Shown: piece after piece, positions 28,305-38,599 of the stretch
How the letters are laid out: each line of letters opens with the position of its first letter
Numbering within the stretch: the stretch's first letter is position 1
NCBI GenBank assembly: GCA_028279595.1
Contig: JANQNK010000010.1
Span: 1-46,304 of the forward strand
Length of the DNA stretch: 46,304 bases
Origin: Thermoplasmatota archaeon
GTDB taxonomy: Archaea; Thermoplasmatota; JAKEGO01
Direction: 5' to 3'
Made by a program: the position numbers and the translations under genes
Notes under the pieces: model-generated
The model's database searches: none
Told to the model about the DNA's origin: nothing
What the model saw: the letters and a program-made list of their open reading frames with translations, nothing else

Positions 28305-28988
28305 CTAGGTCAGTTGGGTCCTGATAAGGTAGATCGGCAGGACGATCAGCATCGAGAACACCAGCAGGAACAGCGTCAGGTTCATTCCGGCCATCAGCGG
28401 TCGGCCGATGTGGTCGAGCCCGTCCGCAAGGTATTCCGACGTCTCTATCATCGCTGCAGCAATGAGTGCGAGGATGATCAGACCCAGAAGGCAGTTCTTG
28501 ATGTCACGGTTGCTGGGACCCAGCGAGGCGCTCACCGACACCAGGAGATAGAGGAATATCCAGAAGTGCCAGAGCATGTAGTTCGAGGCGAAGAAGCCGA
28601 CCAACCGGTGGGCCGATGACAACGGGTCCCTCAGGTCCAGGAGGGAGATCCCGGAGTAGTTCATGGCGAGAGCGATCACCCAGATGAAGAGCACACCTCC
28701 GAAGAGCGGGAACAGCGAGATGATGACCGGACCTATCACGGGGACCTTGGGCTGGGTGTGCTTCACGTAACCGCCGTGCTTCGAGATGAGCTTGACCTCC
28801 ACCACCCTGGCGCCGGTGAGCAGGCAGCCGAGGGCGTGGCTGAGCTCGTGTATCGCGACCCCGGGGGACACTATGAACATGTAGAGCCCGGAGCCGAGGC
28901 TCCTTCTCAGCATGTGGTCCACCGCCCGGCTCATGAAGATGAGGATGGCTATCCAGATGAATATGAAAGCCAGGCCGTTCAGGGTCAT
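28305..28988 (-). CDS. Membrane zinc metalloprotease (M50B-like)
   Basis: PGVAIHELSHALGC (HExxH in hydrophobic context), GYVKH, PSNRD; multiple TM helices; probable start ATG 28988. Confidence 0.8.
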   Translation of the reverse strand: MTLNGLAFIFIWIAILIFMSRAVDHMLRRSLGSGLYMFIVSPGVAIHELSHALGCLLTGARVVEVKLISKHGGYVKHTQPKVPVIGPVIISLFPLFGGVLFIWVIALAMNYSGISLLDLRDPLSSAHRLVGFFASNYMLWHFWIFLYLLVSVSASLGPSNRDIKNCLLGLIILALIAAAMIETSEYLADGLDHIGRPLMAGMNLTLFLLVFSMLIVLPIYLIRTQLT

Positions 28989-29193
28989 GCCCCGGAATGT
29001 CGGTATTGATAGAAAAGGGTGTTTGTCCTGCCATATCTGTGAACCAAATTGGATGTCCGATGCTACAAGCCAACCGGTCCCGTTCGACAGCCCATCGTGA
29101 TGGCCATTCATGCGAGATGGTGTGACAATGTAGCGCGGATGCCTACAAAATGTTTAAAACACCACATTGCCATGCGGGAAGAAGGTGGACCCG

Positions 29194-30390
29194 ATGGAAA
29201 GACGCATAGTGGTTGAGAAACTTGAGCAGACGCCCAAGGAGGACCAGCAGATCGAGCTTGTCGAGCGGAAGGCCATCGGTCATCCGGATTCTATCGCTGA
29301 CGGACTCTCCGAGACCGTAAGCAGATCACTCTCGCGAATGTACATGGAGAAGTATGGAAAGATCCTTCACCACAACACGGACGAGACGCAGATCGTGGGG
29401 GGCCAGGCCCATGCCGAGTTCGGCGGCGGTCTCGTCCTCGAGCCGATCTACATCCTTCTGGTGGGCAGGGCCGTCACCCGTGTCGGCAACGACCGGCTTC
29501 CGTACAGGACGGTGGCCCTCGGCGCAGCGAGGAAATATCTTCAGAAGAACTTCGCTTCCCTCGACGTCGAAGTGGACGTCTCCCTGGACTGCAGGATCTC
29601 GCAGGGATCGGAGGACCTAAGGGGACTGTACGAGACGAGCGAGGACCTCTCCAACGACACGTCGTTCGGAGTTGGATACGCGCCCTACTCGGAGACCGAG
29701 AGGATCGTCCTGGACACGGCCAATTACATCAACGGACAGCTCAAGGCCGAGTTCCCCGCCTTCGGCGAGGACGTGAAGGTCATGGGTGCCAGGGACACTG
29801 ACGACATCAACCTCACGATCGCAGTGGCCATGGTGGACAGGCACGTCGCGGACGCCGACGAGTACCAGAACCTGGTATCCACGATGAAGGAGAAGGCGCA
29901 CGACTTCGCGACCAAATATACAGATAGGAACATCAATGTATACGTGAACACCGCCGACGATCCATCGAAGGACCTCTACTACCTGACCGTCACCGGACTT
30001 AGCATGGAGAACGGAGACGATGGCTCGGTCGGCCGCGGCAACAGGTCGAACGGGCTAATAACCCCCGGAAGGCCGATGTCGATGGAGGCATCCGCAGGGA
30101 AGAACCCGGTCACCCATGTAGGAAAGCTCTACAACCTCCTCTCGACGAGGATAGCCAACGACATCATCGAGGGGACGGGAGGGGACATCAAGGAGGCCTA
30201 CGTAAGGCTCCTCTCGCAGATCGGCAGCCCGGTGAGCCATCCGTTCGTTGCGGACGCCCAGCTCATACCCGCACCAGGTGTGGATGTCAACAAGTACAAC
30301 TCGGACGTTACTGCGATATTCGAGGACCATCTCGACAACATTGCGAGGTTGAAGAACGACATCCTCGCGGACAAGGTCACGGTCTTCTGA
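29194..30390 (+). CDS. mat: Archaeal S-adenosylmethionine synthetase
   Basis: [49 protein letters not shown] and [13 protein letters not shown] motifs. Confidence 0.97.
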   Translation: MERRIVVEKLEQTPKEDQQIELVERKAIGHPDSIADGLSETVSRSLSRMYMEKYGKILHHNTDETQIVGGQAHAEFGGGLVLEPIYILLVGRAVTRVGNDRLPYRTVALGAARKYLQKNFASLDVEVDVSLDCRISQGSEDLRGLYETSEDLSNDTSFGVGYAPYSETERIVLDTANYINGQLKAEFPAFGEDVKVMGARDTDDINLTIAVAMVDRHVADADEYQNLVSTMKEKAHDFATKYTDRNINVYVNTADDPSKDLYYLTVTGLSMENGDDGSVGRGNRSNGLITPGRPMSMEASAGKNPVTHVGKLYNLLSTRIANDIIEGTGGDIKEAYVRLLSQIGSPVSHPFVADAQLIPAPGVDVNKYNSDVTAIFEDHLDNIARLKNDILADKVTVF

Positions 30391-30744
30391 TCAGAGGGCC
30401 TTCTCGAGGATGGTCGCCAGGTCCTTCTCGAACAGGGAGAGCATCTCCTCGGAGAACTCCTTCCTTACGTGATCGGGTATCATCAACACGCCCAGCTTCG
30501 CTGTCAGCCCCATTATCTTCACCTGGGCGGCGAGCTGCTTCATCCTGGCCTCGAGGTAGTCCTCCATGGCCTTCTTGAGCTCGCGCTTGATCTCGGGGTT
30601 CTCGTCGAGCACCCGGCGGATGTGCTTCTTCATCTCGTCCTCAAGGAGGGACTGGGCGGCGTTCGTGAGAAGCTCCTCGCCCTTGATGAAATCGGTCAAC
30701 GAGCCCTGCAGCATCGATGGTACCATCTCGTTAAGATCGACCAT
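30391..30744 (-). CDS. Hypothetical alpha-helical protein
   Basis: Genome-typical codon usage; TTATATAA-like box about 22 nt upstream of ATG 30744; fills the gap convergent to mat. Confidence 0.7.
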   Translation of the reverse strand: MVDLNEMVPSMLQGSLTDFIKGEELLTNAAQSLLEDEMKKHIRRVLDENPEIKRELKKAMEDYLEARMKQLAAQVKIMGLTAKLGVLMIPDHVRKEFSEEMLSLFEKDLATILEKAL

Positions 30745-30894
30745 GCGGTCCAAACGGCCTGGTCCTTATAATAATGTATCGAGATGGGTGAAATGTGGCG
30801 AAAGGGGGGGCCAGTACCCGTTCAGGGGGCGTCCATTCAACCAAAAGCGATATAAACCCCTTGGGCTTAAGGTGATTCCACTCGGAGTGATACC

Positions 30895-31350
30895 TTGGCT
30901 GAGGAATCGGAGGATTTCAAGTACATCGTCAGGCTGGCCAACACGGACATCGATGGCCATTACAAGATAGTCAAGGGTATATCCCAGATCAAGGGCATAG
31001 GCTGGCGGATGGCCGGCGTCATCGCCCGCAACATCGAGATCCCGAAGGAGAGGCGCATCGGCGACCTCGAGGACGAGGAGATCGAGCAGATCGCCGAGGC
31101 GGTCGACAGCGTTCTGGAGATAGCTCCGACCTGGATGTTCAACAGGCAGAAGGACTACGATCTCGGAGAGGACACCCACATCATCGGCACTGACCTCGAG
31201 ATGATCGGCAAGGAGGACATCGACAGGATGAAGCGCTCCCGCAGCTACAAGGGAGTCCGCCACGAGCGGGGAAAGAAGGTCCGCGGACAGCGGACGCGGT
31301 CGAACGGAAGGACCGGCGCCACCCTCGGCGTCTCGAGGAGAAGGAAGTGA
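30895..31350 (+). CDS. rps13: 30S ribosomal protein S13
   Basis: FKYIVRLANTDIDG, IKGIG, SYKGVRH and KVRGQRTRSNGRTG; TTG start after GGAGTGA. Confidence 0.97.
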   Translation: MAEESEDFKYIVRLANTDIDGHYKIVKGISQIKGIGWRMAGVIARNIEIPKERRIGDLEDEEIEQIAEAVDSVLEIAPTWMFNRQKDYDLGEDTHIIGTDLEMIGKEDIDRMKRSRSYKGVRHERGKKVRGQRTRSNGRTGATLGVSRRRK

Positions 31351-31354
31351 CGTC

Positions 31355-31912
31355 ATGGGCGACCCGCGTTCCCCTAAGAAGAGCTACAAGACCCCCTCGC
31401 ATCCGTGGGAGGGTGAGCGGATCGAGGCGGAGAAGGAGCTCACCAAGAAGTACGGACTGAGGAACAAGCGGGAGATCTGGAAGGCCCAGGCGTTCCTGGA
31501 AGGATTCAGGCGTCAGTCAATGAACCTGAACGCCGAGATCAGGAGCAACAATCCTCAGGCCCTGAAGGAGAGGCAGTGGCTCCTCACCAAGATGCAGCGG
31601 CTCGGCTTCCTCGAGGAGACCGCTGAACTCACGGATATACTCACGCTAAACGTGGAGCACGTCCTCAACAGGCGACTTCAGACCGTCGTTTACCTCAAGG
31701 GGCTCGCGTCGTCGCCGAAGCAGGCGCGCCAGATCATCACACACGGACATGTTGCGATCAAGGGGCAGAGGGTCACGGTGCCTGGATACATGGTCTCCGT
31801 CGAGGAAGAGCACCACATCACGTACTATCCCTACAGCCCGCTCGCTGACGAGCTCCATCCGGTCAGACCCCAGGCGCACAGACCGGCCGAGGAAGAGGAG
31901 GTGGCGGCATGA
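31355..31912 (+). CDS. rps4: 30S ribosomal protein S4
   Basis: [28 protein letters not shown] and ARQIITHGH motifs. Confidence 0.97.
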   Translation: MGDPRSPKKSYKTPSHPWEGERIEAEKELTKKYGLRNKREIWKAQAFLEGFRRQSMNLNAEIRSNNPQALKERQWLLTKMQRLGFLEETAELTDILTLNVEHVLNRRLQTVVYLKGLASSPKQARQIITHGHVAIKGQRVTVPGYMVSVEEEHHITYYPYSPLADELHPVRPQAHRPAEEEEVAA

Positions 31913-32289
31913 AGTGGGGAGTGGCTCACATCTACGCGTCCTTCAACAACATCATAATCACGATCACCGACGTCACCGGCGCGGAGACGATAGCCAAGTG
32001 CTCCGGCGGGATGGTCGTCAAGGCGGCGAGGGAGGAGTCCTCGCCGTACGCTGCCATGAAGGCTGCCGAGAAGGCGGGCGAGATCGCCATGGAGAAGGGG
32101 ATCACCAGCGTGCACGTTCTCGTCCGGGCGCCCGGCGGGAACAGGTCGGCCACACCAGGCCCCGGCGCACAGGCCGCCATCAGGGCCCTGGCGCGTGCCG
32201 GCATGAAGATCGGACGTATCGAGGACGTTACCCCGATCCCCCACGACGGCACCAAGAAACCCGGCGGAAAGCGTGGCAGAAGGGTCTGA
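31909..32289 (+). CDS. rps11: 30S ribosomal protein S11
   Basis: [33 protein letters not shown] and [11 protein letters not shown] motifs. Confidence 0.98.
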   Translation: MKWGVAHIYASFNNIIITITDVTGAETIAKCSGGMVVKAAREESSPYAAMKAAEKAGEIAMEKGITSVHVLVRAPGGNRSATPGPGAQAAIRALARAGMKIGRIEDVTPIPHDGTKKPGGKRGRRV

Positions 32290-32299
32290 GGGATTCCAT

Positions 32300-33151
32300 A
32301 TGGAGATCGAGGTCCTCTCGCAAGACGAGATGTCAATGAAACTGCTCATCAAGGGTACCAATCCTGCGTTTGTCAATGCACTCAGGAGGATACTTCTGGC
32401 GGAGATACCCAAGATGGCCATAGACCGTGTCGAGTTCACGATGGGTTCCATCAGGAACCCCGGAGGGGAGGACAAGGAGTACGAGTCCAAGACCCCTCTC
32501 TTCGACGAGATCATCGCCCACAGGCTGGGGATGGTCCCGATACCCACCGACCTGGAGCTCTTCGGCTACAGGGACGGCTGCACCTGCGAGGGCGTCGGCT
32601 GTCCGAACTGCGAGTTGATGTACTCCCTCTGGAAGGTCGGTCCATGCACCGTCTATTCAGGGGACCTGGAGCTCACCGAGGCGGACGAGAAGTTCGCTAT
32701 CCGGGAGAAGCTCATCCCGATCGTCAACCTCAACGAGAAGCAGGGTCTTGTGCTGTACGCTACGGCGATCCTTGGCAAGGGCACGGAACACGCGAAATGG
32801 CAGGCTGCACACGCAGTCGGCTACCGCAACTATCCGACCATAGAGATAGATCAGAAGAAGTGCGACCTCTGCGGCGAGTGTGTCGAGGCATGCCCCAGGG
32901 CGCTGCTCGTGGTCGACAAGAAGAAGGTCGAGACCGTCGACGGCTATCACACCAGGTGCAACCTCTGCAACTCCTGCGAGGAGGTCTGCGACCCCGAGGC
33001 GATCAAGGTCCGAGCCGACGATTCCACCTTCATCTTCCAGTTCGAGACCGACGGCGCGCTCACGGCCAGGGAGGCGCTCCTCCAGGCCATGAAGATCGCT
33101 GGCGAGAAGTTCGGTGGGTTCCGCGAGGCCCTCGCCGACATCGGTGCGTGA
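32300..33151 (+). CDS. rpoD: DNA-directed RNA polymerase subunit D (Rpo3) with ferredoxin-like domain
   Basis: NALRRILLAEIP.MAI, LFDEIIAHRLGMVP, EHAKW, two CxxCxxCxxxC motifs; start ATG 32300. Confidence 0.97.
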   Translation: MEIEVLSQDEMSMKLLIKGTNPAFVNALRRILLAEIPKMAIDRVEFTMGSIRNPGGEDKEYESKTPLFDEIIAHRLGMVPIPTDLELFGYRDGCTCEGVGCPNCELMYSLWKVGPCTVYSGDLELTEADEKFAIREKLIPIVNLNEKQGLVLYATAILGKGTEHAKWQAAHAVGYRNYPTIEIDQKKCDLCGECVEACPRALLVVDKKKVETVDGYHTRCNLCNSCEEVCDPEAIKVRADDSTFIFQFETDGALTAREALLQAMKIAGEKFGGFREALADIGA

Positions 33152-33273
33152 GATGGAGAACGATAAACTTACCTGTTCAGCATGAGCTTCGTCCGGTGAG
33201 GATGGTGGTGACCGGTGAGAAGGATATGGAAGGCTTTTTGTCATGACCACTCTATCAAGATGAAAGTGGTTAC

Positions 33274-34263
33274 GTGAAGGCGATCGTATGTGAAAGATAC
33301 GGGCCACCGGAGGTCCTTCAGCTGAAAGAGGTGGAGAAACCGATCCCGAAGGCGGACGAGGCTCTGATAAAGGTCCATACATCAACGGTGACGACAGGAG
33401 ACTGCAGGATCCGTAGTTTCACGTTCGCGCGCTGGTTCTGGCTGCCTGGAAGGATCATGTTCGGCATCACCCGTCCAAGGAAACAGATACCAGGCTGGGA
33501 GTTGGCTGGTGAGATCGAATCAGTAGGGAAGGATGTCAAACACCTCAAGAGGGGCGACAATGTCTTCGGATACACAAAAGGTGTAAGTTTCGGCGGCACG
33601 AATGCCGAGTACAAATGCCTGCCTGCGCAAAGGCTGGTGGGGATGGATCCTTCCAAGATAGGTCATGCAGAGGCAGCGGTCCTGCCGGTCGGTGGCCTGA
33701 CGGCCCTTTTTCTCCTGAGAGAGGCAAAGGTGAAGGAAGGACAGGAAGTCCTCATCTACGGAGCATCTGGAAGTGTCGGCACCTATGCGGTTCAACTGGC
33801 CAAATACTACAGGGCTACGGTCACTGGCTTGTGCAGCGGCAGGAACTCTGAACTGGTCCGGTCCCTCGGAGCCGAGAGGGTGATCGATTATACTGCTGAG
33901 GACTTCACGGTGAACGGCCGTACATACGATATCATCTTCGATTGTGTCGGAAAGACCACCTACTCCCGCTGTAAGGATTCCCTGAAAAGGGAGGGTGCAT
34001 ACCTTACCGTTGAATGGCCGTTCCTTCAGAAACTCATTGCTTCCATTTCGAGCAAGAGAAGGATCATCTTCGGAATGGCACCGGACACCACCGAGGATAT
34101 GGAATTCCTGAGGGACCTCGTCGAAAAAGGGGAATTGAAGCCAGTTATCGACAGGACCTATCCCCTCGAGGAGGCCGTTGAGGCTTACAGATATGTGGAC
34201 ACTGGACGAAAGAGGGGGAATGTGGTCATCACGATCGACCACGAAAGGGAATCGGACCAATGA
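33274..34263 (+). CDS. NAD(P)-dependent medium-chain dehydrogenase/quinone oxidoreductase-like protein (MDR family)
   Basis: YGPPEVL, GASGSVGTYAVQLAK, VIDYT, LKPVIDRTYPL and GRKRGNVVI motifs; GTG start. Confidence 0.9.
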   Translation: MKAIVCERYGPPEVLQLKEVEKPIPKADEALIKVHTSTVTTGDCRIRSFTFARWFWLPGRIMFGITRPRKQIPGWELAGEIESVGKDVKHLKRGDNVFGYTKGVSFGGTNAEYKCLPAQRLVGMDPSKIGHAEAAVLPVGGLTALFLLREAKVKEGQEVLIYGASGSVGTYAVQLAKYYRATVTGLCSGRNSELVRSLGAERVIDYTAEDFTVNGRTYDIIFDCVGKTTYSRCKDSLKREGAYLTVEWPFLQKLIASISSKRRIIFGMAPDTTEDMEFLRDLVEKGELKPVIDRTYPLEEAVEAYRYVDTGRKRGNVVITIDHERESDQ

Positions 34264-34326
34264 TGATCCCATCGTCCGGACATGACCTCCGGTGGACCAT
34301 TATGAAATATTCGATTCGGTGGCCGA

Positions 34327-36276
34327 TCACTTCTTGTTGATGAGGTCGTCCACGACGGACGGGTCCGCGAGGGTCGAAGTGTCGCCGAGCTGATCGAGCT
34401 CCTTGGCGGCGATCTTCCTGAGGATACGCCTCATGATCTTGCCGGACCGGGTCTTCGGTAGTCCCGGAGCCCAATGGATCTCGTCCGGCGTCGCGATGGG
34501 TCCGATCTCCTTGCGGACATGTCCGCGGAGCTCCTTCCTGAGTTCCTCGGTGTACTCGATCCCGGTCTTGAGGGTCACGTAGGCGTAGATGCCCTGGCCC
34601 TTGATGTCGTGGGGGAATCCGACCACAGCGGACTCGGCGACCGCTGGATGGCTGACGAGGGCGCTCTCGACCTCCGCCGTGCCCATCCTGTGTCCGGACA
34701 CGTTGATGACGTCGTCGATCCTGCCGGTGATCCAGTAGTAGCCGTTCTCGTCCCTCCTTGAACCGTCACCGGTGAAGTAGTATCCCGGGAACATCGAGAA
34801 GTAGGTGTCGACGAAGCGCTTGTGGTCGCCGTAGAGGGTCCTCATCATTCCGGGCCATGCGCCCTTGATGACGAGGGGGCCGCTCACCGTCCCCTCGAGC
34901 TCGTTGCCCTTGTCGTCGAATATCGCCGGCTCGACGCCGAAGAACGGCATTGTCGCGGACCCGGGCTTCGTCGGGATGGCTCCCGGAAGCGGTGTTATGA
35001 GGATCCCGCCGGTCTCCGTCTGCCACCATGTATCGACGATCGGGCAGCGCTCTTCCCCGACGACCTCGTTGTACCACTTCCATGCCTCGGGATTGATGGG
35101 TTCGCCGACCGTCCCGAGGACCTTCAAGGTCTCCCTCGAGGTCTGCGTGACCCAGCTGTCACCCTCCTTCATCAGGGCCCTGATGGCAGTGGGTGCGGTG
35201 TAGAACTGGTTGATGCCGTGCTTGTCGACGACCTCCCAGAACCTGCTGGGGTCGGGATAGTTCGGGACGCCCTCGAACATGACGGATATCGCACCGTTCA
35301 GCAGAGGGCCGTAGACTATGTAGGAGTGACCGGTGACCCAGCCTATGTCGGCCGTACACCAGTACACGTCTCCATCGTGATAATCGAAAACATACTTGTG
35401 GGTCGTCGCGGCGTAGACCATGTAGCCGCCGGTGGTATGGAGAACGCCCTTCGGCTTGCCGGTTGAACCGGATGTGTAGAGGATGAAGAGCGGGTCCTCG
35501 GCCTCCATCTCCTCGTGCGGACACTCGCCCTGGACGTCGTCCGCCTCCATCTCCTCGTGCCACCAGATGTCCCGGCCGGTCTCCATGGGGACCTCGAGTC
35601 CGGTGCGCTGGACGACGAAGACGGTCTCGATGCTCGGCGTCTCGCTGAGCGCCTTGTCGGCATTGGTCTTCATGGGGATGTTCTTCTTGTTGCCCCTGAG
35701 CGCGGTGTCCTGGGTGATGAGCACCTTGCAGGTCGAGTCATTGATCCTGTCGCGGAGCGAGTCCGGCGAGAAGGCGCCGAAGACTATGGAATGTATGGCC
35801 CCGATGCGCGCGCAGGCGAGCATCGCGATAGGCAGCTGCGGTACCATCTGAAGGTAGATGCAGACGCGGTCGCCCTTCTCGACCCCGTGCTTCTTCAGCA
35901 CGTTGGCGAACTTGTTGACCTCGGTGTGCAGCTGACGGTAGGTGAAGGTGGCATCCTCCTCGGGGTCGTTGCCCTCCCAGATGATGGCGACCTGGTCGCC
36001 CCTCGTCTCGAGGTGCCTGTCGAGGCAGTTGTACGACATGTTCGTGGTGGCGCCGTCGTAGAAACTGATCTCGCCCTTGACGAAATCGAACTTCCTCACG
36101 GTGTCCCACTTCTTGAACCATGTGAATCCCTCGGCTATCTCGGCCCAGAACGCGTCCGGGTCCCGTATGGAGCGCTCGTACATCCTCTTGTACTCATCGT
36201 AACTCCCGATATGGGCTCTGCTTGAGAACTCGGCCGGGGGTCTGTAGATGTGTTCCACACTCACCTTTTCCGACAT
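34327..36276 (-). CDS. acs: Acetyl-CoA synthetase (AMP-forming)
   Basis: [37 protein letters not shown] and [15 protein letters not shown] motifs. Confidence 0.97.
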   Translation of the reverse strand: MSEKVSVEHIYRPPAEFSSRAHIGSYDEYKRMYERSIRDPDAFWAEIAEGFTWFKKWDTVRKFDFVKGEISFYDGATTNMSYNCLDRHLETRGDQVAIIWEGNDPEEDATFTYRQLHTEVNKFANVLKKHGVEKGDRVCIYLQMVPQLPIAMLACARIGAIHSIVFGAFSPDSLRDRINDSTCKVLITQDTALRGNKKNIPMKTNADKALSETPSIETVFVVQRTGLEVPMETGRDIWWHEEMEADDVQGECPHEEMEAEDPLFILYTSGSTGKPKGVLHTTGGYMVYAATTHKYVFDYHDGDVYWCTADIGWVTGHSYIVYGPLLNGAISVMFEGVPNYPDPSRFWEVVDKHGINQFYTAPTAIRALMKEGDSWVTQTSRETLKVLGTVGEPINPEAWKWYNEVVGEERCPIVDTWWQTETGGILITPLPGAIPTKPGSATMPFFGVEPAIFDDKGNELEGTVSGPLVIKGAWPGMMRTLYGDHKRFVDTYFSMFPGYYFTGDGSRRDENGYYWITGRIDDVINVSGHRMGTAEVESALVSHPAVAESAVVGFPHDIKGQGIYAYVTLKTGIEYTEELRKELRGHVRKEIGPIATPDEIHWAPGLPKTRSGKIMRRILRKIAAKELDQLGDTSTLADPSVVDDLINKK

Positions 36277-36451
36277 GGTTGAATCACCTTCACGCTTACA
36301 TCGAAACCTTTTATTTAAAGATTACCAGTAACAGTCGAGAAAAATACGTGTCTGGATGCCGGGTTTTCGCATTCCATGATAGAGGAGTATGGAAAATGAG
36401 AAAATGGTTTATTTCGGAAAGGGTAATATACCAAACACGGAATTTTACGGC

Positions 36452-36784
36452 GTGGTCGTAAAGGACAGGGTCGGAAGACGTCGCTACGTCCTCGCAAGGG
36501 TGCCAGAGGGCACGTCGACCGAGGACCTGATCTCCATGGCGAAGAGGTGGGACAGGGACGGGCTTACGTTCTGGATCATCGATCGCAGGGACGGTTTCGT
36601 CCTGGTGAGATGCAAGCATCTCGTCGTCACCGACGTGCGGGAAGCCCTCAACGGAGAGGGGCTCGAGACCGTCGTGACGAGCGGGACGATCAGCGGTGCA
36701 GAGAAGCGGGCTTCCGAGAAGGGCATCGCCTTCAAGGCCCGGAGGAAGCGGAAGGAGCGGGGGAAGAGAAGGGTCCTCCGCTGA
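36452..36784 (+). CDS. rnp2: Rpp14/Pop5 family protein (RNase P protein component 2)
   Basis: GRRRYVL, LVRC.H and TVVTSGTI motifs with a basic C-terminus; probable GTG start 36452 with GTAATATA about 22 nt upstream. Confidence 0.7.
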   Translation: MVVKDRVGRRRYVLARVPEGTSTEDLISMAKRWDRDGLTFWIIDRRDGFVLVRCKHLVVTDVREALNGEGLETVVTSGTISGAEKRASEKGIAFKARRKRKERGKRRVLR

Positions 36785-36840
36785 CCTCACTTTCATCCAC
36801 CCCTTGTTTGTTTTAATACGGTTGAGCCCGGTCAGACTGT

Positions 36841-37683
36841 GTGTTCAGCTCGGCCTCCGATATATTCAACCTGCGGTCCCACTCGAAGGGCCATCCGGCA
36901 CGCCACATCGTCCGTGTGGACCCGTATCCAGAGCCGGAGATATCTGTATTCGACCATACGACCGGCGAGATGGGGAGGCTCGACATCGATCCCATCGACA
37001 TCGATGTCTCGCACGGCTCGATGTGCGTCGGACGGTTCGATCGAGGAGGATACACTGCATGTCCGCACTCCCAGCGTGTTGGGACGTACAGCGTGTGTTC
37101 CGACTGCGGGGCCCCGATGATAAGGCACCTCGAGTGCATATTCGAGCCCAAGTGCGAGGGTGAGGTCTGCGGGGAGGGCATCTGCACGGCCGAGCACGCC
37201 GTGTACCTAGCCTACTTCGGATCGACCCCGAAGGTCGGGATGAGCACAGGCGGCCGGGTGCTGACGAGGGTCCGCGAGCAGGGCGCAGACGGCTACTCGA
37301 TAGTCGCGCGGGTTCCGAACAGGTACCGGGCCAGGCGATTGGAGAAGACCATCTTCTCGACGATGCACGTCAGGCAGGGCTTCAGGTCGGAGGCGATCCT
37401 CCCGCTGCTCACGCAGGGTGTGGACCATGCCGAAATGGCGGCGGAACACGAGGTCCTGTCCTCCCGGCTCGCTGACATACTCGACCTGGACCCATCGCCG
37501 CTGCAGACCCTCGAGTACGACTTCGAACCGCTGGACGAACAGCCCGTGATCGTCCCCACACCGGGCAGGCACACCGGCGATTACATCGGCGCGAAGGGGC
37601 GGTTCCTTATCTACCTTGACGACGTTCCGAGGGCGTTGAAGGTCAAGGACCTTGAGGGGAGGTTCCTGCTCGATGTTGTCTGA
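36841..37683 (+). CDS. DUF2797-like Cys-rich protein
   Basis: Multiple Cys motifs, HAVYLAYFG..KVGMS, R..EQGA and GAKG.FL motifs; own TTTTAATA box upstream. Confidence 0.75.
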   Translation: MFSSASDIFNLRSHSKGHPARHIVRVDPYPEPEISVFDHTTGEMGRLDIDPIDIDVSHGSMCVGRFDRGGYTACPHSQRVGTYSVCSDCGAPMIRHLECIFEPKCEGEVCGEGICTAEHAVYLAYFGSTPKVGMSTGGRVLTRVREQGADGYSIVARVPNRYRARRLEKTIFSTMHVRQGFRSEAILPLLTQGVDHAEMAAEHEVLSSRLADILDLDPSPLQTLEYDFEPLDEQPVIVPTPGRHTGDYIGAKGRFLIYLDDVPRALKVKDLEGRFLLDVV

Positions 37684-38491
37684 ATACACACCCGACGATG
37701 TTCGGGACCTGCTGGCCAGGACACGGAAGGTCCTGGAGGTCAAACCGACGATTGTCAGGCTGAAGCCTCCGATCACCGTTATCGGCGACCTGCACGGGGA
37801 CCTGGGAACGCTGGGAGCCGCCATCAGGCTGGCCGAGGACGAGGGGACGACACCGGTGATCCTCGGCGACTTCATCGACAGGGCGCCCGACAACCAGAAC
37901 GTCGAGACCGCGATATCCGTGATGGAACTGGCAGCGTCAAACCGTGCGGTCGTCCTCAGGGGGAACCACGAGAACTTCCTCCATTTCAACCTCGGACCGT
38001 ATCTTGAGCTCGCTCCAGACCTTCTCGTGAAGTACGAGGACGATACCGATCTCCTGAAACACTTCGGGGAAACGTTCCTTGAGCTGCCGCTGATGGCCCT
38101 AACGGACAGCATACTGATGAGCCACGCCGGAATTCCGCCATTACCTTTCAAGGACATCGATCCGAAGGACCCGGAAATGGCGATACCATTCACATGGGCG
38201 GACCCTGAGTCCCATCCCCATCACAAGTGGTACACCTTCAGCCAGGCAGATATCGCCAAGTTCATGTCCGATACGGACAGGAAGGTCTTCATCAGGGGCC
38301 ATACCGCCCCATTGAACAGGATCGTCGTCTACGACAACGTCCTCACGCTCCAGACGACGAAGGTCTTCGCCGACGCTGGGGCCGGAGGGATCAACCTCGC
38401 GATCATCAGGGACGAGATAGCCTCCGTCGACCAGCTAGAACTGTTCGACCATGACGGAAGATGGAGAGCGACCTCGCCGGTCCACGCATAA
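37673..38491 (+). CDS. Metallophosphoesterase, PPP-family Ser/Thr protein phosphatase-like
   Basis: GDLHG, GDFIDR, RGNHE, HAG and RGH motifs; ATG 37673 overlaps the upstream gene end. Confidence 0.9.
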   Translation: MLSEYTPDDVRDLLARTRKVLEVKPTIVRLKPPITVIGDLHGDLGTLGAAIRLAEDEGTTPVILGDFIDRAPDNQNVETAISVMELAASNRAVVLRGNHENFLHFNLGPYLELAPDLLVKYEDDTDLLKHFGETFLELPLMALTDSILMSHAGIPPLPFKDIDPKDPEMAIPFTWADPESHPHHKWYTFSQADIAKFMSDTDRKVFIRGHTAPLNRIVVYDNVLTLQTTKVFADAGAGGINLAIIRDEIASVDQLELFDHDGRWRATSPVHA

Positions 38492-38599
38492 TTCCCCAGG
38501 ACCGCTCTACGAGTAAATTCTGACACGCGTTGCTGACGGACCGTGACGTCAGCGAGCGCGCTATCCTTCATGCAAGGAACAGAACAGATGGATCTGGAC

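Noticed and set aside
29048-29140. Possible SAM riboswitch upstream of mat (GCTACA/TGTAGC and TCCG/CGGA pairing)
   Set aside because: No SAM-I/II/III consensus recognised, and it lies upstream of the apparent mat TATA (GTTTAAAA ~29152-29159)
30775-30894. tRNA gene upstream of rps13 (also sought downstream of rpoD)
   Set aside because: No cloverleaf or T-loop GTTCRA consensus found
34260-34310. Possible C/D box sRNA starting with ATGATGA
   Set aside because: The C box is formed by the gene's stop codon, and no CTGA D box follows at proper spacing
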